A stretch of 64,000 nt of DNA from Felis catus (GCF_018350175.1 NC_058368.1:1736001-1800000), one strand, 5' to 3'. Shown: positions 26,791 to 39,135, numbered from the stretch's first letter. Numbers and translations are program-made. Notes: generated from the letters alone by a model not told the origin.

Positions 26791-27139
26791 GAAGCTAAGC
26801 ATGGGCGCGGCCAACCTCACGCTGGCTCTTGGAATCATGGTGCCTGAAAGTTTTTCTCAACAGCTTGGGTCTCTTGGAAGTTGTGGCTGGTGCTGGAGTG
26901 GCTGAGTGAACGAGGGGTAAGAGGGAGGAGCTGAAAATGAAATCACCTGTGACTAGAAGGAAGGTGACATCTTCAGTAAAGAGCACCAGAGAGGCATTCA
27001 TTTTTAAGGGAACGTGAGGAACTTGGTTTTGAGCATTTTGTTGCCTTTTTCTCACTTTTCTTAAATTTGGATTAAAAATTTAAGACTGGCTTCCTTATGG
27101 TGTGACAGAGTCCCGGCATGCCACAGGAAGATCATAGCC

Positions 27140-27150
27140 TTTTTGTTGTT

Positions 27151-27182
<32 letters not shown>

Positions 27183-27360
27183 AATGTTTACTTTTGAGAG
27201 AGAGAAACAGTGTGAGTGGGGGAGATACAGAACCTGAAGCGGGCCCCAGGCTCCGAGCTGTCAGCAACAGAGTCCAACGCGGGGCTCAAACTCACGAACT
27301 GCAAGGTCGTGACCTGAGCCGAAGTCGCAGGCTTAGCCGACTGAGCCACCCTGGCGCCCC
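27140..27360 (-). mobile_element. CanSINE with long T tract
   Basis: Reverse-complement head gagccaccctggcgcccc and a poly-T tail. Confidence 0.9.
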
Positions 27361-29267
27361 TGGATTTAGTCAACATGTCTATCTCACACGTGCATACACA
27401 CAGACTTGAGGACGACCGACGAAACGCCAGACGAAACACTTTGCACCCCTTGCTACGTTCTCTCAACTGTCTAGTCTCGCAAAGATGGATCTTATGTCCT
27501 ATCGAGTAGGTGTTTTCAGGTGAAACACTTGGGAAGTAAATATTTTCTCATTCCGAAGTAATCAGGGGAGGAGAAGAGAGGTTGAGATGTCATCAAAGAA
27601 TAGAAGGCATTTTATTGAGCAATACACAGAATTAACGGTCTGGCACAATTAAGTTGTGTCACCTTACACATGAAAGGATGTCTAATGAGACACAGTGAGC
27701 GTTTCCAGGAAACTATTGTGATGATGGTCTCTCTCTCTCTCTCCTAGAGGCCTCCCACATTTTTTAGCAAATACAAAATAAGCAGCATTTGAGTACAGAT
27801 CTTTATTCCCATTTTACCAGAAAAGGTAACAGAGAACACGAACAGTTTATCTGCCAGTCAGGAAAAAAAGTGTTTTATAACCTCAAATGTTTACTCACCA
27901 AGGGCTGTAAATGGCTTAAATTGCTTAAAATGGAGATTTCAGTGGGATTCTTAGCAGTAATTCCGAAACTCTTCAGTTACACAACGTCCAAGGCATGTAA
28001 AAGGGTTGTTTTTCTACACAGCATAACTGAAACGTAGTGGAATCAAGTGGACAAATTACCTCGTAGACAACCAGGGTAGTCAAATACCAAAGCTGCAGAC
28101 CCTTTAGGGAGCCATAAATGACCTCTCTTCTACACTCTCGGCTGGTATCAGTCTTTTTGTTTTCATTTGCGAAGGACTTCTGTAACACGGCCGTTGCCTC
28201 ATTAGCCTGCCACCTAAAAAGCATCATTTTGTAGAATGAACAAACGAGCAAGTTTTCTTGTGTTCTTGGAGTATCTAGTTCCCTCATTTAAATACTTTTG
28301 TCTTAATGTATTCACAGACTATTAGGCTTATTTTACAAGACCACTTGCACTCACAGGTATCACGGAGTAGGAGTTCGCCAACAGCGTAACAGACCAGGGG
28401 ATGCCCACTCACAGATGTAAAAACACAAGTTGGGTTACAGATTTAGTGCTTTGATTTTAGAGTTGCTAGAAGAGGCACAGAAGGTTCATTTCATGAGTGT
28501 TGACGGGAAAGGCAATACGGCCTCTCACCCTGTGAAAAGGAGACTTTTTGATCGCTAACATAGTTATTTCTTAGAACTACGGAGTCTCGGAAGAGGAAGT
28601 CGTCCTCAAGAGGAGAATCCTTCTAGGTCTCAGCTCATTCCTTTTCCAGATGGCCCGTTCTGTTCTCGGAGAGCTTTCATTGCGAGAAGAATCTTTTTGC
28701 CCTGAGCCGCAACCTTTCTCCCCTAACCCACTTTCGAGCCGCGGGGGCTTGCAGGCCGGGTCCTTCCTTCCTCGCGGGCCGGCCACCCCGGCCTCTCCTC
28801 CCCGGCCGCCGCGCAGCACACGTCCCGGGCCTCGGGAGCCGCGACAGTCGCCCGGTGCGAGTCGGCGCCGCCGTCCTCCAGACGGCCGGGGCCGGGGGCG
28901 GGGGGTCCCGGGCTCGCGGGCTCGCGCAGTCCAGCAGGGGCGAGCGCGCGCCAGTCCCCGACGCGCGCGGAGCGGCCCCGCCGCGGTCCCCGGTCCGCCG
29001 ACCTCGTGCCGCCCGCCCGTCCCCGCGCGCCTGCCGACGCGGGGGAGGAGACGCCCGAGGGGGACTTCCTGCCGCCGAGTCCGGTTCGGGGGGCGGCCCG
29101 CACCCCGGACCCCGCGCCGGCCCCTCCTCGGCCGCGCGGCCCCCGCGGGAGGGAGGCGGGCGGATGACGAGGGTGTGGGGGCGTGAGTCTGAGGGCGGCG
29201 GGCTGCGGCGTCGCTGGCCGGCCGGGCGCGGCGAGCGGAGCGTCGAGGTCGTCGCCGCCGCGGGGGG

Positions 29268-29282
29268 ATGGCGCGCGCGGGG
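29268..29282 (+). CDS. IL17D: Probable 5-codon first coding segment of IL17D (MARAG)
   Basis: gggATGG in a strong Kozak context, then 5 codons and the donor GGG|gtaagc in phase 0. It splices in frame to cag|GTC TGG ATG at 29633. Confidence 0.6.
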
Positions 29283-29638
29283 GTAAGCGGCGCGGGCGGC
29301 CGTCAGAGGCACTCGCAGCCCAGCGCGCAGCAGCCCGGCAGGCACACGCACACGCGCACCCCGCAGCCGCCCCCCGCGCGGCCCCCGGCTCGGGGCGGCG
29401 GCGGCGGCGGCGGCCCGGGGCGCGCGGGCCGGCGCTGGGCAGGGCCCCGGGGCCCCCTGGGGCGGCGGGCGGGCGGGGGCGGCGCTCGGGGGCCCGTCTG
29501 GTCAGCACCCATCCTCCGGGCGGGCCTCACGGTCCGCGGCGCGACGGGGGCGGAGGGGTGGGGGGGCGGGGGCGCCCACCGGCTCCCAGACCGCGGCGGG
29601 GCGCGGGCGCTGAGCGGCGGCCTGTCTCGCAGGTCTGG

Positions 29639-29928
29639 ATGCTGGCGGTCGGCGTTCTGCTGGCGCTGGCGCCGGGCCGGGCCGCGGGCGCCCTGAGGGC
29701 GAGCAGACGCCCGGCGCGGCCGCGGGGCTGCGCCGAGCGGCCCGAGGAGCTCCTGGAGCAGCTGTACGGGCGGCTGGCGGCCGGCGTGCTGGGCGCCTTC
29801 CACCACACGCTGCAGCTGGGGCCGCGCGAGCAGGCGCGCAACGCGAGCTGCCCGGCAGGGGGCAGGCCCGGCGACCGGCGCTTCCGGCCGCCCACCAACC
29901 TGCGCAGCGTGTCGCCGTGGGCCTACAG
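29639..29928 (+). CDS. IL17D: Interleukin-17D, main first coding exon (signal peptide and N-terminal half); the exon starts at 29633
   Basis: Acceptor tctcgcag|GTCTGGATG. Translates MLAVGVLLALAPGRAAG...CAERPEELLEQLYGRLAAG...RSVSPWAY(R), including the IL-17 family RSxSPW motif. Donor AG|gtgagc in phase 2. Confidence 0.97.
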
Positions 29929-30289
29929 GTGAGCGGCGGGGCCCGGGCGGGGCGGGGCGGGGGCAGGTGGGGCCGCGCGGGGCGGGGCGGGGCGGGGCGG
30001 GGGCCAGGCGAGCGGGGTGGCGAGAGGGGCGGGGCGAGCGGGGCGCGCGGGAGGCGGGCAGGTGGGGCGGGGCGGGGCCGGCGGGAGGCGGCGGGTGGGG
30101 CGGAGGGCGCTAGGTGGGTCCGGGAGGGGGGGGGGGACGGGGCGGGGCGGACGGGGCGACGAAGGGCAGGTGGGGGGGGAGGGGCGGAGCAGGTGCAGAA
30201 CCTGGGTGGGGAGCGGTTCGTGCCCACAGAAGCCCTGTCGCCTCCCTGGGAGGAAACGTGCTTCCCGCTCTTCACCGTTTCGCTGTAGG

Positions 30290-31340
30290 GTGTGGAACGG
30301 ATGTTTCTTGAGTACCTGTTCTTGGCCGGGTGTGTAGTTCGATGGGCTACGCGGAGGACCGAGCCAGGTGGTTCTTCATGAAGTTTTCCAGCGCTTCGCA
30401 CGGGAGGCGCTTGCGTGGAAGTCCTGGCGTGGCAGGCCACAGACGTCTCTGGAGTGCCCGTGGCGGTCCAGGCGCTGCTGGGCGTTGAACCGTCGGGGGC
30501 CCATCCTCTGAGAGTGTGGTCGAAGGGAGGAGTGGGGATAATTGGGAAAGAAACCGTCGTGCGAGGCAGCACGTGACTTGACGCGAAAGCCGCGGAGTGG
30601 GACCGTGTCGAGCGGTGCGGGGGATCGAAGTGGCGTTGGAAATGGATGCCGGAGAGTGGACGTGATTCCGAGATTGGCCTGGTAGAGGGGTCATCTCGGA
30701 AGAAAGGAGCAGCGCGCGAGGCAGGCCAGGGTGCCCTGGGGCCTGAGCAGGGAGTAGTGAGGCCGGAGTGTGTCCAGCGCGCGCTTACGACTGTCCTCTT
30801 CCCCGCTGTTTCGGCGGACTGTCGTCGCCGTCGAGGGGCTCACAGCCAGCTGGACACCGCCACACGTGGCAGAGGCCTCAGTGAAAGAGCGAGGACAAGG
30901 GTGGTCCCGAGGGAAGCAGTGGCTGATGGGAAGGGGGAAGAGCCTGAAGAAGCGCGAGGGCGGGTGTGCTTGTGCGTGGCCGGCAGTGGCTGCAGAGGGA
31001 GCGGGAGCTAGGTTCGGCCTTTGGAGCAACGCCGCGGGTCCGAAATGCATCCTGTAGGGTGTGTTTTGATCAGGGAGGTCGTGTGACCGCCTTGTGTTTT
31101 GGGAAGCCCTCCCTGATGAGGGAGGGATGGGAGGGGGAGACGCCGGACTATCGCAGCGCAGTACTTCCGGCAAAAGGCAGTTAGGGTTTGAACTCAGGCG
31201 GTGGCAGGGGAGAAAAGGAGACTGGGATCCATCTGAAAGATATCACTTACAGAAGTGAAAGTGACAGGACTTGATGGATGCTGATCATACGTGGGAGTGA
31301 GGGGGAAGGAAAGGGTAGAACAAGCGTAATGCCTCCGGGC
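30290..31340 (-). mobile_element. GC-enriched L2 remnant at the edge of the IL17D CpG island
   Basis: gaacggatgtttcttgagtacctg...cttcatgaagttt resembles the L2 3' end (reverse). gtgttttgatcagggaggtcgtgtgacc...gtgttttgggaag and gacaggacttgatggatg match internal L2 motifs. Confidence 0.55.
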
Positions 31341-31373
31341 TCTAGTCCACACAGCTATTAAGATGTGCAGAGA

Positions 31374-31551
31374 GAGGCGCCTGGGTGGCTCCACCGGTTA
31401 AGCATCCGGCTCTTGATTTCGGCTCAGGTCATGGTCTCAGGGTTCATGGGATGGAGCCCCCATCAGGCTCCATGCTGACAGAGTAGAGACTGCTTGGAAT
31501 CCCCTCTCTCCCTCTCTCTTTCTCTGCCCCAACTCCCCTCTCTAAATAAAT

Positions 31552-31605
<54 letters not shown>

Positions 31606-31800
31606 GAGGGCTGCCTGGGTGGCTCAGTCGGTTGAACGTGGGACTTTGGCTCGAGTCATGATCTCATGGTTGGTGAGTTCAAGCCCCACATCGGGCTCTC
31701 TGCTGTCTGGCCCACCTCCGGTCCTTTGTCCCCCTCTCACTCTGCCCTCCCCTGCTCACACTCTCTCTCAAAAATAAATAAGAAACCTTTAAAAAATAAA
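31374..31800 (+). mobile_element. Two tandem CanSINEs separated by (GATA)n (~31554-31605)
   Basis: A single TSD aagatgtgcagaga at 31360-31373 and 31801-31814 encloses both copies. Confidence 0.9.
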
Positions 31801-33339
31801 AAGATGTGCAGAGAAAATGTAATGATTTTGTCTGAAACCAATCTAGGCCTCTCCAAGCCTCCACCTGCTGGTCAGTGGGCCTACCTTCTCCTGGCTACTG
31901 GGCAAAGAACCGAGTTCCCTTGTGGCTGAGCTCCCTCCCACCATGGACGGTGGGCCCAGAACCCCACCTCCTGCCTTCATCATCTCTTCATTCACCTGAT
32001 GCCCTCAGGACACACATGTTGAACCATTCATTATGGTGGCTTCATTCTCTTGCTTTCCGTCTTTCTTCCCGCCATTCCCACAGCCCAAAAGGGTGGACTT
32101 TTATATCATCCTTCTTCCTCCAAGCTCATGTTATACCTTTGATATGCTAAATAGCAGTAAAGAAACTTGGAAGATCTCTCAAAACAACAGCTTGGCTTTT
32201 CCAGACAGAAGTGCTACCTCTGCATTTTTCTACAATGAATTCTAATCTCTCCTGGCAAATAGATGCCTCCCAGACTAGGCTGCGGGCCGAAAGGCAGAAG
32301 CGTAACACACAGCAGTGATTTTTCAAGACCTCCTGTTGGGCACGTCCCACATTGCTGGCTTGGACTGTTGATGGTATTTAAGCAAAATGGAAAAAGTGAA
32401 TGAGGAGCATTTTTTGGAAGGAAGTAAATTCAGCACTAGGCCCGTTGAGTTTTATGTGCCCGAGAGGAGCAGATGCGTGAATGACCATGTGGCCCGCAGG
32501 TGGCAGGCCAAAGGAGAGATCGGGGCTGGAGCACGGGTCAGGCGTTGTCAGCCCTAGAATTCTGCATAGTACGTTAAATTGAGTCGTCCTTACCACCTTT
32601 CCTGGGGACTGACACCTGTGTTGTGTCCCCTAGGAAAGATCCAGGAGCCGCAGGGAGGAGGGAATGGCTAAGGGAGGTCACGGACAAGAGCAACGCACGG
32701 CATGGAGCGGTCCTGGCCTAGGCTGCCCAGGTCTGCTCGTGGAGCCTTTGTGCTGTGCGGAGCCGGGGAGCGGGGGTTACGTCTGCATCAGGTGGCTGGT
32801 GGCATCATCTGCGTTATCTGTGTTACTGTTAGCGACGGCGACGCAGTTGCTCCCCCGGTGAGCAAACGGAGGCTCTCCCCCTCGGAAGGAAGGACAGTCT
32901 TCGAGGGATGGGCACTGGTCAGGACTGCACGTTGCTGGGTGCTGACGCAGGCCCGGCCTTCTCCCGCCGGGAGCCGGCTCTGCCCTCCTGGCCTCTGACC
33001 ACTTCCCACGGCCTCCTGAGTCCCTGGGAGCCTGGGAAAAGCAGTGCACGGAAGCTCCAAAGCTCTTGCGTGTAGAAGGTGTGTGGAAGGATGGGATCGG
33101 TTTCCTCGTGGTGTCGTGGTGCCTGTGTAACCTGGGGGAAGAGTGCGCTCCCCCGTGCAGCCGTGAGCTTGGAATTGGAAGTGGTATTTAAGGCTAGAAA
33201 CAGTCAGAACTCTTAAGGAGGATGGACGGGGAAACGGACTGTCGGTCAGAAATATTGAAAGGCACAGAAAGGACCACTTAGGTGGATACGATAGAGTTTA
33301 AAACAGAAATCTGGATTATAAGGTGGCTTTTTACTTTTA

Positions 33340-34210
33340 GCGGGGATGGATCATCCCATAAATGGTGTTGGGACAACTGAGTGACCAGCTGGAAAAAACA
33401 CGGTTCTATCTCACTTCCGTGTACAAATAAATTCCAAATGATTCAAAGATTTAAATGTAAAAATACAACCACAAACACATAAAAAACATGGTCAGTTATA
33501 TTTACAGCCTTGGAGTGGAGCGTTAGAGAGTAGCTCACAGACCCCCAAAGCCGTAAAAGACAAGACCGATAAATTCAGTTACACGATTATACGCCATTTC
33601 TTCTTGGCAAATAAAAAGTAAAATAAAATTAGAAAGATACAGAGGCAAACTGGGAGACGTAACCCACGTCCCAAAGGGCTCCTTTCCTAAAGAGTTCCTG
33701 TAAACCAGTGGCAAAAATGTGTACTGGAACAAGGAACAGGAGCTGTGGCCCGTTCCTGGGGAAGGAGGATCGAATGGCAGTCGTGTGGAACGCCAAGAGA
33801 TGCCCGATTTCAGGCACCGTAAGTGAAATACATATCAAAACAATGCTGAGAAACCTTTATTTATTTTGGGGGTGCCCGTCAGGCTCTCTTGGCAAGGCGG
33901 GGGAAGGCATTCTCATACCGCAGAGGATACGAATCGGGACAAGCGGGTATTAGCTATCCACACTTCAAATTCGACCCAGCAGTTCCATCCCAACATCCCC
34001 CAAAAGGCAACTAGTTGGACAAAATGCCGTAAAAACAGCCCGAGAGAGGAATGGGGTGGCTGCACACCCGCCTGAGGCGAGCAGCCCATCACTGCCCACA
34101 GGCGGATATGGCAACGTGCAGTGTAGTGAGGACAGCAGGCTGCCTGCGTTTGTGTGCTAGAAGACAAGCTGTTACATAACATATGCATATATAAAGTGGT
34201 ACTTGAAAAT

Positions 34211-34256
<46 letters not shown>

Positions 34257-34420
34257 GGGCCCCTTTGGAGCCTGGTTATCGTGGTGCCTTTTGGGGGGGG
34301 AGCCTGGAAACTGGGGACAGAGAGTAGGAAGGACTCTTACTTTTCACTCCTTTGTTACCTTCAAATTTTCTGCCATGTGCATGTATTTTTTATTTCAAAA
34401 ACATCTTAATTTTTAAATTG
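33340..34420 (+). mobile_element. Old L1 3' fragment (L1ME-like) containing (CA)n at 34213-34253
   Basis: aaatggtgttgggacaactg, aaataaattccaaatgattcaaagatttaaatgtaaaa and further degraded L1 3' motifs. Confidence 0.65.
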
Positions 34421-35297
34421 AGAGAAGAAAGGGAAATTCTCCAACTGTGAGGAAAAAGCAGATAGTGAAGAAACAAAATTCAGCAGGTAACAACGGCCTT
34501 GGATGTGGGGAGAGCACTGGTCTGAAAAGAACTGCCCTGACAGGCCGTAGGGCTTCCAGGGGAGGCCCCGCAGATCCGGTGGAGCCCTGGTGCCCCCACA
34601 GCTGGGCTGTGCTACGTCCGAGGACCCAGGCCTGGACAGGGCATGAAATCGGCCCAGGGGACAGGCATTAAATGGTAGAGCCAGGGCCTAACCCGGACCT
34701 CTGATTCCATTGAGCCCATGCTTCCCATCCGTATGCTAGTAAGAAAAGGAGCATTCAACTTCCAGAATATAAAAATATTTTCTCATTTACTTTGTGGCAT
34801 CATGTTTGTTTCTCTTAAGCTTTAGAAACAAAATGCCAAAAATAAAATCCATGTGATTGCTCATTAAGCTTTTTTTTCAAAGCCAAATTGACATAGTAAG
34901 AAATGTATTGGAAGAACATTGAGGTTTATTAAGGTTTAAGGTACACATCACTCATTTACGTTGAAACCTCAAAGATAAACACCCACCGACACTCGAAATA
35001 ATTTTTAAGTTGTTTATATTTTTCAATTTTGGGTCGTGGTCTAAAGATAGCTTTTCTCTAGGATAGGAGTCATGCACAACAATTTAATTTTAAGCTTTAC
35101 TACTTTTCTATATAACTCTTTTCCTCCTGGGAATTCAAGAGACTGCACCTAAATTTATTTGACAATAACTCCAGGATCAGAGGAAGGGCAAGGAAGAAAC
35201 GGAAAGAAGAAACAGGGGGAGTAGGAAAGAAGAGAGAGAACAGGACACTGGGGGGGGGGGGTTGGGGGGGAGCGAGTGACTTAGAAACAGCCCACAT

Positions 35298-35535
35298 GGG
35301 GCGCCTAGGTGGCTCAGTCTGTTAAGCTGCAGGTCATGATCTCCCAGTTTGTGGGTTCGAGCCCTGCGTCGGGCTCTGTGCCGACAGCTCGGAGCCCGGA
35401 GCCTGCTTCGGATTCTGTGTCTCCCTCTCTCTCTCTCTGCCCCTCCCCCGTTCATGCTCTGTCTCTCTCTGTCTCTCTCTCTCTCTCTCAAAAATAAATA
35501 AATATTAAAAAAGAAGAAGAAGAAAGAAAAAGAAA
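35298..35535 (+). mobile_element. CanSINE (SINEC_Fc-like)
   Basis: Typical head (with a small internal deletion), (CT)n and an A/GAA tail. Confidence 0.9.
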
Positions 35536-35559
35536 GACACAGGCAGCCACCACCCTGGA

Positions 35560-36800
35560 GCTGGAAGACGCGGTGAGACCCCCCAGGGGGCAGATCCTTC
35601 CCGCGGGTGGCAGGGGCCGTGGAGGTGGGGGAACAGCCAAAGGAGAGTCCCACGGCACCCGCGCCGGAGGGGCGAGGCTGGTATTTTCCCGTGCCCGTGC
35701 AGAACCCAAGTTGGCCCCACTCCCTAGTTCCAGAACTTTCAGCAGGTGACTTTCAGGAAGAGGGGCACGGCAGCGGCAACAGCTTCCGGCTCACGCGTGG
35801 GTCGGGCGAGGTGACCACCGCCCCCTGGGCCAGACCGGCGATGCCCATTTCCGGGACGACCTTCACGTTCCGGTCGGGCGACCGTCGGATGTTTAGCAAT
35901 GCCGCACTTGGGAAGGATTTTCGTCGGGAAGGGTTGGGACGGGAAGCGTATTTCCGCCTCCCCCGCTGCGGACCGTCGGGCCAGCCAACCCCAACCGTCC
36001 CGTCTCCCGGGGCGGCCACGGCAGCAGCGCTGGCGTCCACTCCAAATCCTGGCGAGCCCGGGCGGTGCTCGGAGCGCAGTCCCTGCCGCTGGCCTCCTGC
36101 CTGCACCGGGCACCGCCTTTCACACCACTTTCCCCTCATCGTGTCGCTTTTACAAGCGTGAAAGGAATCAACGTTAACTAGAGAAAGAGAGAAAAGTTGG
36201 GAGTGTAATGTTGAAGTTATCCCCGCTGCAGCCAGCCCCCTTTTAAAATGTCATCTTTCTCTCAAATGCCCCTCTCCCCTGGGGCACTCGCACGTCTGGG
36301 TCCCGGCACTAAGAGGGTCCCCACGGGGAGGGAGGGGCCACGGCCCGGGACCTCGGCGGTGCCGCCGCGCCCACCGTGACCGACAGGGGGCGGCGCCGTG
36401 CCGACCCGCCGGCTCCCGCGCCCGGGACCTGGCTTCTTGGGGAGGCCTGTCCCGGGCGATCTTTGGAACTGGGGGCGTCCTGTCTCGGTCGTAACGTTTC
36501 CCCTCAACAAGTTCACTTTTTCCAGCGTCCCTGCTCCAAATCTTCCGGTTATTCGAATGGCTTAAGAACCAACTAGAAAAGCCTGTCTGCCTCCGAGGGG
36601 TATCTGTACGTGGTGCGTGGGCACAGGTGCCGCTGGGCGCACGACCGGAAGGGCCGGGGAAGGGGCGGGGAGGAGGGGGGACAGGGCAAGAGCAGCGCCC
36701 CCCCCTCCTGCCCGGTGGGGGGTCTCCAGTCACAGCGGGCAAGGCGGCGGGGGGAGGGGGTGCCCTGCTCAGCAAGCCCCGTGTTGTAGAGAAGGAGCCG
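35560..36800. promoter_or_regulatory. Intronic CpG-rich island in the IL17D long intron
   Basis: About 1.2 kb of dense CpG and GC boxes flanked by AT-richer DNA, with no recognisable coding exon. Confidence 0.6.
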
Positions 36801-38634
36801 CAGCACCTCGTTGAAGAAATGTTGGTGTTTCCCCCCCAAAAAAGCTCTTTATGGATGTGACCTTTGATTCGCCTCAGTACCGCGTAGATTTTTTTTCTCC
36901 GAGCTACTCAATACTGCAGGCTCTACTGCACCTATCACTGCTTCCCAGGGTAAAAATAAGAGCATTGTCACGGAGCATTGTCATGGGATTAAAGTCTCTC
37001 TTTCTGAAAATAGATGCGCTCGTGGTTTTGCTTTGATAGTTATTTTCTTCAACTGCCCGGGCTTTGCTCTGGCATTCTGAGAGCAGCCAGGGATGATGAT
37101 AATATTTCATCCCATCGTCACCTCTTCCAAATTTCCTCACCTGAATAAAATGTCTGTACCGTTAATACCAACAGAAACATTGAGCCAAGTCCTGGAAGGA
37201 ACACACATACCACGAAGTGAAATTCCTTACGGTGTCTGTCTTCCAGAAATGACACATGAAGATTTTGAAGGACGGTACCCTGCTCACCAAATTAATGAGG
37301 TCAAAGAGAGTGATCTACTTGAGGACTCTTCCAGAATTAAATAGAGTCTAAGCTAATGTTTTGATACAAGTTATTCCTCGTAACCAATGAATGGCAACAG
37401 CTGGTTCGTTTCAGATCAAGGTGGGCGCCACCCTTCTGCACGCAGGAGCTTCGCCTGCCCCAAGGACGGACACATCAAAGATGGCTTTGAACCCAAATTC
37501 TGCAGATAGTTAAGCCACCCCGTGGGCATGAGCTATGTTTTTCCTTTGAAGAGATATTTCCCAGCTGCACTGAATGTGTGGCATCTGCCGTGACAAAAGA
37601 ATGAAACCCTTTGAGCAGTTCTGGCCCTCATTCTCATTTCCCTTTCTCCCCCTTCCTCTGGGAAAGCTTTTTCTCTAAATTGTCTTCCGCATTCTTTTCC
37701 GAGCCATCACTGTCTCTCCAGGCTTCCCTGATCGCCCGGATGGGCAGATTTTACGTGGCGTCCGTGGATTTTCTGGTTGTAGATTTAGTTGACCGACTAC
37801 CCCCCTCCTCTCCCCTCTGCAGAGCAGACTCGCGCAGCTGCAGCTGGCCTGTGCGGGCAGGGCAGTGCGAGGGGCTGAGCTAGGTGAGCAGAAGACTTTG
37901 GACAAGCCCCTCGCCCTGGGGGTGCCTCAGTTTCCTCCTTGAATAAAGGGAGAAGGCGGACAGGCGGAGCCCTTCCAGGTTCCCAGCAGCCCGGAGCCAG
38001 CCCGGTTGGCAGGAGAGCCGGGTCAGTTCTGGAGCCTGCCTCGCTGGCTCGGCTTCAGGGCCGACCCCGACGCCAAGTTCAGGATCACAGCGAAGTTAAC
38101 CTCAGTCCCCACACAGGGGCAGGGCTGACCCCTAACTCTCCTTGGCCGGCGAAGAGGGCCAGGTGAAGCCCGCTGGGGCTCTGACTCCCGGCATCAGGTG
38201 CCAGGTCAGACTTTGCTCTCCCGGGCCCATTTTTTCCATGTCCTCTTTCAGGAGAAATGCACAACTGATGTTTCCCTGGAGGGGCCAGAAGAACATTTTC
38301 CAGAGCTCCTTGGCAGCATGCGTCGAAGATCTTGGCCCTCTCAGGCCTCGGGGAATGGAGGCGGGGGTGCAGCTCAGGCTGCTGGCCACAGCTTTCCAGT
38401 GGGGGGAATCTGTTTGTGGTCCTCATGACCCCGGCTCCTCTCTGGCGGGCGAACAGAGCCCCACCCCCCGTAGCAGCTCTGGGCCTCGTCACGCACCATT
38501 CTTTCCCCCATGGTCTCATAACCACCCCCTCCCAGCTGTGGGGCTGGTTCCAAAGGGAAAAGGCAAGGTTGGAAGGTTACACAAACCCCATCTCAGTGAC
38601 TCATTATCTCTCTTAGACCTGGAGACGTAATGGC

Positions 38635-39135
38635 CTCTGCCAGGGCTGCATTCTGGAATTATCTAGGGGGCTTTAAAAAACTACCAACACCCCGGCCCCA
38701 CGCCAGGGCCGTGAATTGCAGATCTCTGGGGTGGGGGAACAGTGATCACTGGTTCCGGAAGCTCTTTTGTGTGTCTCCCGCGAAGTGCAAGTGAGATCTG
38801 CACACCATCCTCTACAATGCCAACTGCTTGTTGGGTGAACAGTGACCTTCTGCATTAGTTAGACTCCTGCAACTGGTGGGATCATGAAATTTGGGAAAAA
38901 GCAATCATCCGGTTGTTTGCCGTCAACGCAATCTACGTATGGCTAACCACCTCCCGGGGATGTTGCTGACTTTGCTGACGGTCGGTGTCCCCACTTCAAG
39001 TGAGCAAGACGAGTCACTTGGGCAGCTTCTCGGCATGTGGAGCTCCTGACTCAAGGGTCAGGTGTGAGAATCTGTGTTTTTAACAGACTCCCACGTGGTT
39101 CTTATGCAGGTGGTCCGAAAACCAGGGTTTGGAAA
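38635..39135. mobile_element. MER5-like hAT-Charlie fragments (~38635-38790 and ~39045-39135)
   Basis: ggctgcattctggaattatctagggggctttaaaaaa...gatctctggggtgggg and aatctgtgtttttaacagactcccacgtggttcttatgca. Confidence 0.55.

Larger units (their letters stand above)
28720..31200. promoter_or_regulatory. IL17D: CpG island / IL17D promoter and first exons
   Basis: Extremely GC- and CpG-rich, with many GGGCGG (Sp/KLF) boxes. It surrounds the first IL17D coding exons. Confidence 0.9.

Noticed and set aside
28577..30694. Many long ORFs (140-356 aa) on both strands
   Set aside because: They are Pro/Arg/Gly/Ala-rich artefacts of stop-codon depletion in a CpG island. Only the IL17D frame has family homology and splice signals.
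32542..32550. NRF2 antioxidant-response-like motif (TGACnnnGC on the - strand) in the IL17D intron
   Set aside because: IL17D is reported to be NRF2-inducible, but a motif with 6 informative bases occurs many times by chance in 64 kb and nothing else supports this one.
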